A stretch of 64,000 nucleotides of DNA, from contig OZ024763.1 in NCBI GenBank assembly GCA_964016885.1, positions 4,154,001 through 4,218,000 of the forward strand, in the 5' to 3' direction. Below, piece by piece: positions 48,263 to 61,298 of the stretch (position 1 is the stretch's first letter; each line of letters starts with the position of its first letter). The position numbers and the translations under genes are program-made. The notes under the pieces are model-generated. The model did not search any database and was not told where the DNA came from. It saw only the letters and a program-made list of their open reading frames with translations. This DNA is from Eledone cirrhosa. Lineage: Eukaryota.

Positions 48263-49846
48263 ATGAACTTGTGTAACGTAAGACCCCAGTGTATCACAGA
48301 ATATGTGCGTGTTGGGTATAACCTAGCTGTCCAGCTTCAGATCCACCCTATCACTTCTCAAACCACAAAAGACACGGGTGTAACAGAATACTGGTTCTGT
48401 GACCGGCATCTTCAAGAAGTTCTGCAATTAATAAAAAAGCCACTCTTTAACAGAATACACCAACGCGTAGAAGATGAAAATCACAAGACCCAAAAGGATC
48501 CTATAATCTTAACCGGAAACACAGTACAGCTAGTTTATACATTCAAGAAAAACCCTACAAAACAGTATTTTCTAATAATGAACATAGATTCCAATAGTAA
48601 GGACCGATTCAATAATCATCTGCAAAACTTTTGCTTAAAAAATGAAAAAGTTGTTGTGTTTGTCTGTCGTAAAGAAAAGGGTTTCTCAAATCTTTTGAAA
48701 ACAGCAGTATCTGTGTCTGACTCTGCTAATAAAACTGTAGGTACTTTGTCAACAATAAGCATAAGTAACTATTTCAGCAGCTGTGACAAGAGCAAAGAAC
48801 TTTCCAGCACTGAACAACAGGCTTCTACTTCTGCCCATTTCAGTAATGTTAAGCCAACATCAACGAGAAAGGAAAAATTAAAAAATATAGTAAGTCGAGA
48901 GAAACGGTTGCGTACTCGAAAAAGAAATCCACAAAGATCAGTTGTTAAAAATAAACTTGTAGAAAATCCTAAAGAAGATCCTTTGAAATCTCCAAAGAAA
49001 TCAGATGATTATAATAATACCAATGAAGTAGCAACCACCAAAGATCAAAATTCAAAGACACAGAGTAGCCCCAAATCTTCTAAGATTACAGAATTAGTAA
49101 GTGAAAATAGCCCAAATGATGATAATCTCAATAAAAACACTAATAAGGCCCATTATGTAAAAGAGAAAGAATTAGATAGTGATGGCAGTACTTCTTCATG
49201 TGAAAACCTTCCTTATTATGGAATCTCCAAGTCTAGTAATTCAGAAGACCCTTGTATCTCAAGCTCATTTGAGCAAGACTTTGATATAAGCTCCCTGTAC
49301 AGTTCACCAGTGAAAAATCCCTCAAAATTAAGCAGCATTGGTAACATAAGTACCTCTATGGACATCAGTCTGACTCTGTCAGATGTGAGCAAGAATGAAA
49401 CGTGCAGTAAAGAAAGCTGTGAGAAAACGAAACTCCAAGGATTTAAAGATTCATATTCTATATTGTGTTCAGAAGGAAATTCGGAAATAGATTCAGTAAA
49501 TATTAATGTGGTTAACCTAACATACAACCAAATTCTTCTGTTAGTGAAAGAGAACAAAGAGTATTTGCGTAATATCTTCCAAGGTAAAGGTATAAGTTGG
49601 CGACACAAAATGTACAAAAATGGAGGTACTGATCGCCTGCAGCTGAACTATTTGTGTTTCTGGGGTTGTTTGTCAACTAGTCAGTTGGACAGCATTATGG
49701 AAGGTTTGTTTAAAATGTTCTGTAAACGACACATGAAGTATGCTGACTATGTGTCTAAAGTTCTGCTGGCAGAAATGATAACCAAGTTATACATGGACAC
49801 TTGCCACCTCACACAAGAGGAAGCTGAGAGATTACTTCAAAAATAG
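48263..49846 (+). CDS. SLX4IP: SLX4IP-like protein (527 aa from the first ATG after the acceptor) with an extra PWWP3A/MUM1-like C-terminal domain
   Basis: Acceptor ttcttcctcag|G at 48247; motifs GYNLAVQLQIHP, WFCDRHLQEVLQLIK, DPIILTG, EKVVVFVC, ISNYFSSC and LKNIVSR are colinear with recalled human SLX4IP (GNFAVLVDLHILP, WFSEQKKEEVCLLLK, NPLSLKG, DRFVVCVS, VSDYFAEC, LKEIVKR). Confidence 0.8.
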   Translation: MNLCNVRPQCITEYVRVGYNLAVQLQIHPITSQTTKDTGVTEYWFCDRHLQEVLQLIKKPLFNRIHQRVEDENHKTQKDPIILTGNTVQLVYTFKKNPTKQYFLIMNIDSNSKDRFNNHLQNFCLKNEKVVVFVCRKEKGFSNLLKTAVSVSDSANKTVGTLSTISISNYFSSCDKSKELSSTEQQASTSAHFSNVKPTSTRKEKLKNIVSREKRLRTRKRNPQRSVVKNKLVENPKEDPLKSPKKSDDYNNTNEVATTKDQNSKTQSSPKSSKITELVSENSPNDDNLNKNTNKAHYVKEKELDSDGSTSSCENLPYYGISKSSNSEDPCISSSFEQDFDISSLYSSPVKNPSKLSSIGNISTSMDISLTLSDVSKNETCSKESCEKTKLQGFKDSYSILCSEGNSEIDSVNINVVNLTYNQILLLVKENKEYLRNIFQGKGISWRHKMYKNGGTDRLQLNYLCFWGCLSTSQLDSIMEGLFKMFCKRHMKYADYVSKVLLAEMITKLYMDTCHLTQEEAERLLQK

Positions 49847-49961
49847 AGAGGGTACTGTTGTGAGGGTCATTTGTTGGTAATAACTTATGTATAGCTGCCA
49901 TAAATGGTATGTGATGATTGACCAAATGATATTTGATTGCATTAAAGTCTTAGACAAGCTT

Positions 49962-50041
<80 letters not shown>

Positions 50042-51867
50042 AACCTGATATGAAGCTTGTTTAAAATTTTATTCCATAAAATTTCTACTTTCATCTCATA
50101 ATTTCCATATATTTTATGTGCCCCCCTCCCCTTGTTTTTTTGTTATTTTCTTTACCTAGGTTTTATTATGAGTATTTTTATTTTTTATTTTATTTTATTG
50201 GCAGACTGGTAGAGCAACAGACAAAGGAGTTTGCTCTGTTTAGTTCTGATCATTTGTGTTCTGGGTTGAAGGTTGAAACTCTTTTTTGGTGTGTGTATGT
50301 GTGAGTGTGATTCATTGGCATCATCATCTACTTTCCCTGCTAGCAAGGGTTGGATGGGTCTACATAGACCAAGTCAGAACTGAAGTGGGGCCTCTGACCT
50401 CCCAGACAGGCTGAAGGGTCTGCATCTTGCTTACATACAGTCATATTGAGTGCACAGAGGTGGTTGTCGTGTATTTGAATGCCAACTCTGGTTTCTACAG
50501 CAGGGTCTCCTTCCTATTACCAACCACTTTACATACCATGGTACGACTGAAGGGCCCACTCAAACTTGGTTTTTACAGCTGGGTGCCCTTTCTATCACCA
50601 ACCACACTCCCCGAGTACACCGGTTGTATTTTCATAGCACCATCACTAGAGAGGTTATTGGTCAGACCCAACTGAAGAGCCCTTTCTGTTCTGGGGAGCT
50701 GGTAATCAGGGAAGGAGATAGGAATGATATTACAAGTGTATGGGTGATTTAGCAAGGCAATGAGTAATGGGTAGGAGTAGCTTATTTGTACATGGGGAGA
50801 GGGATGTAGTGGTTTGGAGGATGTGGTTGATAGATTGTAGGTGAGGATGGAGAGATAGGTAAGATAGGGCTAACTCTACAATGTATGCCTAGGTATTTAA
50901 CATGCTTGGAAATGCCTACAATGTGCGCCTGGGTATTTAGCGCCCTTGTTAAGGCTTACTATGTATGCCTGCTTATTTGACACCCTAATCTAGCTCTACA
51001 ATGCGTGCCTAGGTATTTAGCACCCTAGGCTAGCTCTGCAATGTATACCTGGATATTTAGCACACTAAGCTAACTCTACAATATGAGCCTGAGCATTTAG
51101 CCCTCTAGGCTACAATGTGTACTACATTCTCTCCCAAATGAAATAATTTCAATTTACAGTTTGGTAAGCTGAAGAACCTAGTTTTTCACACTTTTTGCTC
51201 TGACCACTCTAACAAATTACTAAGCTTGCATTTTCTACTACACATTCCACTCACTCATGTCATATCATGTGACAGGTCATAATACAATACAACCCTCTCC
51301 TCTGTGACACAGCCACAGCAAAGGTGTTTAATAATTTATGTATTGATTGTAGGAAATTATATATTTTATTTAATTATACAAATTTGTATAAAAGTTTAAT
51401 TTTTGAATGTTCAGTATTGCACCTTGCTGAAATCTGTGCTCCAAATGACTGCTGAGTTACCCAAAATAATGACGCCAGCCCTCCACATATCATAGACAAC
51501 TATGAGCTTTTAATATTCAGTAATGTTTCTCTGATGTCTGTGCCCTAGACAGTTGCATAATTGGCCTTAGTGGTAGTGGCAGCCATTATGACAGGTTATA
51601 ACACCAAACAGACCCTTTCACTGCTTTCAATATTTTCATAAATAGAGAGGGAGAAAGAGATAGTGGTTGTGAGAGAGAAGGAAAATGAAAGAGACAGAGC
51701 TGTTGTGTATGTATGTATATGTGTGTGTGTGTCTGTAACCGGTGTGTATAGGTCATAGACACCCACATATATATATATATATATAGATATACACACGTGG
51801 GCCTTCTAATTTCATTTTACATACATGTCTATATATTTTAATTATTTGAAAATTATTTTTAAGTGAA

Positions 51868-52128
51868 CGTGACCTAACGGGTCACGGGTTGCTAGTATAT
51901 ATTAAACTTAACTATACAAATCTATATTAAATAAGGGGACCTGTTTCTCCGTCTGTCAATCCATCACATATATATGGGAAAGAAAAGGGGAGGCAACTGT
52001 GACCTAACGGGTCACGGGTTGCTAGTATATATTAAACTTAACTATACAAATCTATATTAAATAAGGGGACCTGTTTCTCCGCCTGTCAATCCATCACATA
52101 TATGTGGGAAAGAAAAGGGGAGGCAACA
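51868..52128 (+). mobile_element. Helitron-like termini in a 130-bp direct duplication
   Basis: Hairpin GTGACC-TAACG-GGTCAC followed by CTAG|T at 51895 and 52025; A|TCTATATTAAATAA 5' ends at 51921 and 52051. Confidence 0.65.
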
Positions 52129-52959
52129 CCCCCCCATTTTAAAGTTAAAAGCTGAAGGGAGATAACTTATGTTATGCTTATAGTTTTTTTGGTTTTTTTT
52201 AATATTCGATTTAATGTTCATTCAGCAAATAAACCAGTAATTTAAAAGAAAATGATCACGTGGCACACAAAAGCTAACTTTGCTAGTCCACCAGTTGATG
52301 GGCAACCAGAAACAAACCAAATTCCAAGTGCTTACCAATGTGTTCGAACTCCCACTCTCATCGCCCCCATCTCATATTATTGAGCAAATGGGGCCCCAGC
52401 AGATAATGGAGAAGGCATTTCCCCGGAGGAGGATAAGAGAGATGTGCTGAAAGAGCCATTCAATCTCGCAAGGCTCACACCTGCGGCTGGCCAGCTCAGC
52501 ACCTAGGGAGGTAGCCCTAGGGCCAAGGCCACAACTGCAAACCTGTTTATTGCAAAGGCTCAAGAAAGGAAATGAAGAGATGTATGGGAGGAGGCACCTA
52601 GTTTGTATGGAACTGGTATTCATGAATGTTCAGTAATTCATCTCTCTGATGTGTTTTAAGCAGCTGACTAGTTGGCTGTAATGGTAAGTCAAGGCTTGGT
52701 CAAGGCACCAACTATTTATAACACTAACAAGATTTTTGTCCTTGGGTAGCAACTATCATTTCCCACTTGCTTATGCCTAGAAAGTATGAAAAATGGCTAA
52801 TATTTCCTAAAAATTTGATTTTATGTCCATGATAATGATATTTCTAGATTTACCTAATCCCACTGGGAAAACTGCTAAATGTGAACATTCTCGTTCAAGC
52901 AAAATTGGAATAAAATGACATATGATTCAAAAAGTAGCATTTATTCTAGGATTATACAA

Positions 52960-53340
52960 AATACTCAGAAATGGGTGGTTTTTCGGGATTTACGCTTAAG
53001 CTGCAAATTGCTTTCATGACTCAGCTCCCATATATAGTCTCCCATCATGTTTTCATTATATGATCCTTGATACCGACATTCAAAGTCAAGTATATCCTGG
53101 TGGAAGTGCTTGCCTTGCTCTTCAGAGTATGCTACCATGTTACCCTTGAATTTATCAAGATGAGTGTCAAGGATATGCACTCCATAATCTTCCTTATTTA
53201 TTGTCTGATGAAGATACCGGCTTTCACTTTAACCTCAGGCAGCTTAGAGAAGAAGTCTTGAAGGTTGCCTACTTCTTATCTAGAGCTGTGACAAACTGTT
53301 TCATAGGGCCCAGTTTTAAGTGAAGTGGTGGGAACAATAC
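52960..53340 (-). mobile_element. DNA transposase remnant (tentatively Sola2-like)
   Basis: PPLHLKLGPMKQFVTAL and HLDKF..NM.AYSEEQG.HFHQDI...E.RYQG...NMMGDY.W motifs of a widespread invertebrate transposase family; superfamily name from memory. Confidence 0.7.
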
Positions 53341-54789
53341 CTTCCGGGGATCAACCAATGGAAGTCCGAGTCACAGAAGCAAAGTTAGAGGAGAATAATA
53401 GTCTTTTCCTGTGTTTTCTAGGCAGACGAATGCAGCAAATAGCACTTATTGACCAAAGAGAAAAAAAAGTAAAATTTTTAATACATTGTGCCACCCTTGC
53501 AAGCAGGGAAAATGATGATGATGATTGTGTAATACTAATAATCTATGAGTGAGAGAAAAGAGGTTTTCAGTTCTGTAAGCTACAGGTTTCATTCCCTCAA
53601 TAATCATTACTACTTTACATCAATTTGATGTTATTTGAAGGATCATTGAGCAGTAGAAAGCCAGTTACATCCTATGAGCAAAATGTAGCCATTTCTTGTG
53701 AAGTAACAGGTAAAATATTATATAGAAAGAAAAATTCTAGTGTCAGGTTTTATTGTTGACACAAGTGTCATAATATTTGGGGGCTGTCAAAATAGAACAA
53801 TGTCCAAAATAAACAACACATACAAATATTCAACTAATTATGTTAATTGAGTGTGTCTATCATGGTGCCACACTAAATGTTTTACTGGGTCAAAGGAAGT
53901 GTCACTGTAGATGTCTATTGTGCCATTTCAGTGTCAATGTGCCACTGTAGATGTTATACTGTCTATTGTGTCATTTCAGTGCCAATGTGCCACTCTCTCT
54001 TTCTCATATATATATATATATATATATATACACACCACTTGCCAGAGTCCTGACATGGGCAAACAACAATTCTATATGCAGTTGCTCTAACTCTCATAGC
54101 TGAACTAGAGAAGAAATTCCAAACATGGACGCATGGCCTAGTCTCAAAAGGCCTTAAAGTGCAGGGCGATCAGAATTGATGGAAGTTACGGAGTAGGTAG
54201 ACCCAGAAAAATCTGGGATGACACAATAAAATCTGACCTTGCACACTTACACCTCTCTAAGACAATGTCTCTGGATCAAGACCTTTGGCGCTATGCAGTA
54301 ATACAGAAGACCTGCCTTCCCTTACGTACAAAGTTAAACCTACAGTCAGTAGGCACCTCTTAACCAAATATACACCTCAACCCACTACCCCTACTCCATC
54401 CCACACCTCCCTTTCTCTGTAAAATTATGTTGGTACCACACATCATCCAGTCCAAACTAAAGAGGTTGTGTAAGTGTCACGACAAAAAAAACACAGTCCA
54501 GGCTGTAAAGTAGTCGTGTAGGTAACACGGTAAAAAGGCCCCCAGTCCACACTGTAATGTGATTGGTGTTAGGAAGGGCATCCAGCTGTTGAAAACCTGC
54601 CAGATAGTCCTATAAGATCGAGACACGGTCACCCGATCAATTTTGCTTCAAGTGGGACAATTCCCGTCTAACCCATGATAGCATGGAAGATAGATGTTAA
54701 ACAATGATGATGATGATGAGTCTCAGCCGAATATCCAAGCAGTCATTCCAGTTAGTTATATATATACAAAAACAAAGTCTATATTAGTA

Positions 54790-56055
54790 ACATGACAAAG
54801 TCTATTTTAGTAACATCACAAAGTCGGCCATATTGGTCTGTCATCGACATAAAGCCTCCAGCAGTGAAGAATGTTTCCTTTTCTCAAAATATCTTTGATC
54901 GTGTCCTTATACCTCGAGAGAGAGAGAGAGGGGAGAGGGGTCCTACATGTCGAACACCATCCTCGAGCTCACCAAAAGTAAGTTTCTTCACAGGTCTACA
55001 ATCCTCCATGCAGACGACATGGCCAACCCACCCGAGTCTATTCCTTATGTGGATAGTTTCAATATTGGGAGTCTTTGCACGTTTCAGTAGCTCATCGTTT
55101 GTGACAAAGTGATCCCATTTGATGTTGAGAATGAACCTAAGGTGTCGTTGCTGCTCTGTTCTTAACTGTCTTCTGTGGTAATGATGGAGAGTCCAAGTCT
55201 CACTTCCATATGACGAGGAGTTACACATTGGTTATAAACTTTAAGTTTAGTCTTAGATGTCAGTTCCCTGGATTCAAAGACTCTTACTCTTAGTTTACCT
55301 ACAGAACAAGAGATAGCTTGAATACGGGTATTAAGTTCTTCATCTAGATTACAGTCTTTGGTGACAGAGCTGCCAAAATATTTGAAGCGTTGCACTCTGG
55401 CAAATTTTTACCCATCAATGAAAAAAATCAACTTGCTCTCTAACACTCATTGTTTTGGTCTTCCTAATGTTGATACAAAGGCCCGTTTTCAATGAAAGTG
55501 TGTTATAGGCAGATAACAGCTGCTGTAGAACAATGGGATCATTGCAGAAAACAGCCATGTCATCAGCATATTGGGCCTCCCTAATGAAATCATGAAGTAT
55601 CTTTGTCTTGGACTTGAGGCGACAAAGATAACAAATATTACCATCATATCTAAAGCCTACTTTGATGCTGAGTGAGGAGCTGACTTCTTTGAAGGCTATA
55701 AAGAGCAGTACATCAGTGTAGAGCCCAAACGGTGTAGGGGCAAGTTCGCAGTCCTGCTTCAACCCACTATTGTAGTTGATAGGGCTCGACGATTCGCCAT
55801 CTATAATAAGCCTAACATTCATATTTGAATATAGAACCCTGATGATACTAACAAATGTAGCTGGACAGCCAAGCTTCTTCAGGATTTCGAAGAGTAGTTC
55901 TCGATTGCTGCAGTCAAAAGCCTTGGTGAAGTCTATAAAGGCGATGTATAAATTACACTGCTGTTCTCTGCATTTCTCCATAATTTAACATAAGGTGAAG
56001 ATTCCATCTATAGGGCTTCTATTCCTCCTATATCCAGATTGTGACTTGGGGTAGA
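54790..56055 (-). mobile_element. Decayed RTE LINE RT
   Basis: EKCREQQCNLYIAFIDFTKAFD, QYADD, YGSETWTL, RLGWVGHV. Confidence 0.92.
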
Positions 56056-56071
56056 ATTTGTATACATATAT

Positions 56072-56415
56072 GGAGGCACATGGCTTAGTGGTTAGAGCAT
56101 TGGCCTTGCAATCGAAAGGTTGTGAGTTCAATTCTCAGACCGGGTGATGTGTTGTTTCCTTGAACAAGACACTTTATTTCACATTGCTCCAGTTTACTCA
56201 GCTGTAGAAATGAGATGATAGGGACTGGGGTCCTTATCATTCCACTTCAAAGTGGTCGTGGAGGTGCCACGGCAAAAAAGCACCCAGCACTCACTGTAAA
56301 TGAGGTTGGTGTTAGGAAGGGCATCCAGCTGTAGAAATCAAGCCAGAATCAGTTCCCGTCCCACCCTTGCAAGCAGGGAAAAGTGGACGTAAAATGAAAT
56401 GATGATGATGATGAT
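56072..56415 (+). mobile_element. SINE family A, full length
   Basis: tRNA head with A and B boxes, central domain, (GAT)n tail. Confidence 0.92.
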
Positions 56416-56932
56416 ATAAATTTATATGTATCTTCATTCTATATTTCCCTTAGAATGGTGAGACTAAACCTATGAAGAATACCTGGGTCTCATGTGGTTT
56501 AATCATAATCAATAGTTTGTCTTCAATGATCAATTATATTGATTGATTTTTTCGATGATTGATTACATAGATTGATTTGAGCTACACTTCCCAGGTATGA
56601 AATAGCGCTATAAGGTTTCACATATGATTCCACCTGTGTAAATATTCTTCTATAGAATATGTATTTGGTATATATATAATATACCATGTTTCTTATACAA
56701 TATATGGCTCTTTCTCTCTATATATACATATATCTTTTTCATTAGATTACACTGTAAACGTGGTTGGTGTTAGGAAGGGCATCCAGCCGTAGAAAACCCG
56801 CCAGACAGTCCTATACGAGCAAGACAACCAATCTTGCCTCAAGTGGGAAAATTCCCGTACAAACCCATGCAAGCGTGGCAGATGGACGTTAAACGATGAT
56901 GATGACGATGATATATATATATAGAGAGAGAC

Positions 56933-58180
56933 CCTCTTCTTAGTGAGGCAACTACAAGAGAAGTTGCTAGCCAAGAATAAGCTGCGATATTTAGCTTTTG
57001 TTGATCTAGAAAAGGACTTTGACAGAGTACCTTGATCTATTATCTGTTGGTCCTTAAGAAAATTAGGCGTAGAAGACTGGCTTGTGAGAGCAGTGAAAGC
57101 TATATACAGAGGAGCTCTCAGTAAAGTGAGAGTAAGAAGTGAGTTTAGTGAGAAATTCAACAAGTATAAGTCCATCAAGGTTCGTTTCTTGGCCCACTGC
57201 TGTACATTACAGTTCTCCAGTCCATAACAGAGGAATTTAAAACTGACTGTCCATGGGAAATTCTTTATGCAGATGACTTGGTCCTTGTAGTTGGATCCAT
57301 AAAAGAACAAGAAAATAAGTTCCGACTATGGAAACAGAATTTGGAATTACGAGATCTGAGTGTAAACTTAGCCAAAACTAAAGTACTAGTGAGTAGGAGA
57401 GATGATAGGGCCCAGATTCCCTCAGGGAAGTGGCCCTGCTCAATACGTAGAAAAGGAGTAGGTATAAACTCCATGCGGTGTACACAGTAAAGGAATATAT
57501 TGTATGTAGAATCGAGGGAAAGAGCATTAGTGATATAAACCTCTTCAAGTCATAGGTAGGGGCCATTGAATTAGTTGATAGTGTCTGCTACCCAGGTGAC
57601 TTAATTAACAGTGGAGGAGGGTGGTCTGAGAGCATAATAGCTAGAATAAGGATAGGATGGAAGTTTAGAGATCTACTCCTACTGTTGACAACAAAAGATT
57701 TCTCCCTACATAAAAAGGAAGACTATATGACGCCTGTGTGCAAAGTGTGATGCTGCATGGCAGTGAATCATCGGCAGTGACTGCAGAAGACATCTATAGA
57801 ATGGAGAGAAATGAAGCAGCCATGCTTCATTGGATGTGCAATGTAAATGTGAGAGAAAGGCAGAACTTGCATGAGCTGATGGAGAAACTGGGTTTGTGGT
57901 GTGCAGGAGAGAAGATTGTGTTAGTACAGACATATGATGCGCATGGATGATGACCGATGGGTGAAGAAGTGCTAGGAAATGCCAGTGAAAGGAAGCTGCA
58001 GTAAAGGTAGACCAAAAAGGACCTGGGCAGAGGTGGTGATAGCTGAACTCAAATTGCTGAGACTCTTGGAGGAGATGACGAAAAAGTCCAGCGAGTGGAG
58101 AGATGCTGTGCTGAGAAGGACCCGTTTAAGCTATGCAAGAGTAGAAAAGGGGGCGTAAAAACGATGATGATGATAATGAT
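56933..58180 (+). mobile_element. Decayed RTE/RTE-X LINE, RT to 3' end
   Basis: LFLVRQLQEKLLAKNK..YLAFVDLEKDFDRVP, LYADDLVL, MLHGSES; (GAT)n tail. Confidence 0.9.
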
Positions 58181-58329
58181 ATTTATATGTATATGTATAT
58201 ATGCATCTCTCTCTCTCTGTATATATATGTGTGTGTGTAGCTGCATAAGTGTACAAACATGAGAAACTAGCCATTTTCAATTTTCTCAAAAGTTATTACC
58301 CTTAAAGTCTTCCGTAGCTGATACTAGTT

Positions 58330-58592
58330 TCCGTCAACAAACATGGCGGCGTCTCAGTATTGAGAACCGTAGTAAGGTGCTTTGTTAGTTTGTCAGTTTA
58401 GTAGTAATTAGTTAGTAAAAAGTTCATCTGACGATCACAACGGCTAGCATATTTATTTTCCTCCGGCGTGAGACATTTACGTTAGGGGGGAAATATTTTA
58501 CCTGCCGAAACCGAACGGATATCTAACCACTTTCACTGTTACTCTACGATTAACATACTACCTTTGGATAATTGCTTTTTCTTAAATTACAG
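58330..58592 (+). promoter_or_regulatory. Putative first (5' UTR) exon of a plus-strand gene extending right
   Basis: CpG-richer unique sequence, YY1-type AACATGGCGGC at about 58340, strong donor CAG|GTAAGT at 58593. Confidence 0.55.
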
Positions 58593-58714
58593 GTAAGTAA
58601 TTAATTACATATTACTTATATCTATCTATGTAGCTATCTATATATATACACATATATATGTGTGTATATATTTATTTCAATAATTTCTGCTGCCTTGATT
58701 TATTTTCGCGTATC

Positions 58715-58758
<44 letters not shown>

Positions 58759-58765
58759 TACATAC

Positions 58766-58806
<41 letters not shown>

Positions 58807-58995
58807 CACATATACATACATACACACACACACACACACAAATGTGTGTTTATACGAGCGTGACTAATATAGTATATAGATTGAAGACAATAATAACGTA
58901 ATTATAAAAGAAGTTAAGTGCTAAAATATAATTAATTAAAAAGAGCTGGATATGTACACTGACGTGCACACGTGTGATTATAATATATATGTATA

Positions 58996-59041
<46 letters not shown>

Positions 59042-59099
59042 GAAGTAAAGACTTTTTTCTTATCTTGTTTACTTTTCCCAAATATAATTATATATATAT

Positions 59100-59245
59100 A
59101 TATAATATTTAATATAGAAATGGCTTCTACAGGACTAGAACTATTTCATTCGAAGGAAATCATTAGGAAAGCTTTCCTGATGATTTCCTTCGAATGAAAC
59201 AGTTCTAGCCCTGTAAAAGTCATTTTTATATTAAATATTGTATAT
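59100..59245. repeat. Fold-back palindrome centred on AAAGCTTT
   Basis: Arms of about 72 bp, no spacer, several substitutions. Confidence 0.92.
59171..59221 (+). ncRNA. Type I hammerhead ribozyme motif
   Basis: GCUUUC-CUGAUGA-UUUC-CUUC-GAAU-GAAA-CAG-UUCUAGCC-CUG-UA-AAAGU; intact core and stem III, weak stem I. Confidence 0.65.
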
Positions 59246-59287
59246 ACTCTAATATGTATTGAGTACCTTACTTACTGTGGTTACGCG

Positions 59288-59319
<32 letters not shown>

Positions 59320-60090
59320 GATATATACATACATACGCACATGACTTCTCACCTGGGCACATTGGCCCAGATTTTCCCTTTTTAAGGGGAAGTTGTGACA
59401 TGTATGTCTTGCTCAATAATAGACTTGGTTCTTATCTATCCCTGTATAGTTAGTTACCCCATGTAAGTTGTTCACGAAAAAGGAATTTCTGTACTGATAT
59501 GGCCAGGTACACCGTACGCGGATGGAACTTCCACGTTTACCTTATCTACCCCAAAACTCCGTTTAAGGAGAAAAAAAGGAATAATAGAGATAATATCTTT
59601 CTCATATATATACTGTATTAGATGATGAATAGTTTATTCGTCGTTTAAATGGGAAAGCTAAACCAAATTATCTCTCTATATATTTGTCTCTTTATCTATC
59701 TATCTATCTGTCTGTCTATCCGATTATGCACCTGTCTGTCTATCTATCTTTCTATCCGATTATCTATCTGTCTGTCTATCTGTCGTTCTCTCTCTCTCTC
59801 TCGATCTATGGGTCTGTCTGTTTGTCTCTCTATATCTCCCTCTCTCTTTACCTGTACACATACGACACACCCCATCCTCTCACTATCATAGACTTTCATC
59901 ATTCCCATCTCTCTATCACCACTACACTTCAAGAGAGAAAGGACATATAAGAAAATGCAGTCTTCCACGCCGCTTCCATCTCCAAAGTCTATGATGATGA
60001 TGATGATTTGTCACGCCTATCGACATAGGTCTATGTGCTCGATCATCTTTGCCTAGGGCTCAAAAACCTAGCACATACACACACATATAG

Positions 60091-60152
<62 letters not shown>

Positions 60153-60403
60153 CGAGAGAGAGAGAGAGAGGTGTGTGGGGAGAGATAGCCCACATATTTG
60201 TACTATGACATGAAGTTTCAGTTGACACTATTAAGTGTTCCCAGTCTATTTTTGCCCTTCTCTTCTTCCATAGTCACTCGACGTTTATTGTTATATGTGT
60301 GTGTATATATATACACACACACACAGTGTATCCCCAAAAATGTATACAAACTTCAACAGCATTCTGATAAAAGTGTGTTTACATTTTTTTGGTACACCCT
60401 GTG

Positions 60404-60434
<31 letters not shown>

Positions 60435-61298
60435 TTAGAAAGAGAGAGAGAGAGAGATCGTTTAACGCCCGTTTTCATTGCTGTGTGTGTGTCTTTTCCT
60501 AGTAACTTATCACCTGTCAGTGAATCTCCATTTCCCCAGCCTGCTTAATGTGAAAAACAAAAATGAGCCGTCACTCTGAATAAAAACCCTTAAAGCCCCT
60601 TCAGACTCTAGTACATGGTGGCATGATAAAATGCACCCGGTATAAGCTGTAAAGTGGCTGGTGATAGGGAGGGCGTCCAGCCAGAAAACCCTGCCAACAT
60701 ACACAATCCAGCCCATGCTAACACGAAAAAACAAAAAACAAAACACATAAAATAATAGTTATATATATATATCATCATCATCTTCGTTTAACGTCCATTT
60801 TCCACGCTAGCATGGGTTAGACGGGAGTTGTCCCACTTGAGGCAAGGTTGGTCGGGTGACCGTGTCTCGCTCATATAGGACTATCTGGCAGGTTTTCTAC
60901 GGCTGGATGCCCTTCCTATATATATATATATATATATATATCATCATCATACATCCGATTTTCCCTGCTTGTAAGGGTGGGACGGGTCCTATTCAGCACA
61001 GCATCTCTCCATTCGTCTTGGTCTTTCGTCATCTCTTCCATGAGCTCAGCGATCTGAGGTCAGCTTTCACCACCCCTGTCCATGATTTTCATGGTCTACC
61101 TCTACTGCATTTTCCTTTTACTGGGATTTCTTGGCAATTCTTTACCCAGAGTTCATCCTCCATGTGAATCTCCTGACCATACCAACGCAGTCTTCTCCCC
61201 TGCACACTACAGTCTCTCCCTCTTATATACAGTTTTTCGTTAAATGATGATGATGATATATATATATATATATCATCATCATTCATATATATATATAT

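Noticed and set aside
56072-56145. tRNA gene
   Set aside because: SINE head continuing into SINE body, multi-copy, no proper cloverleaf
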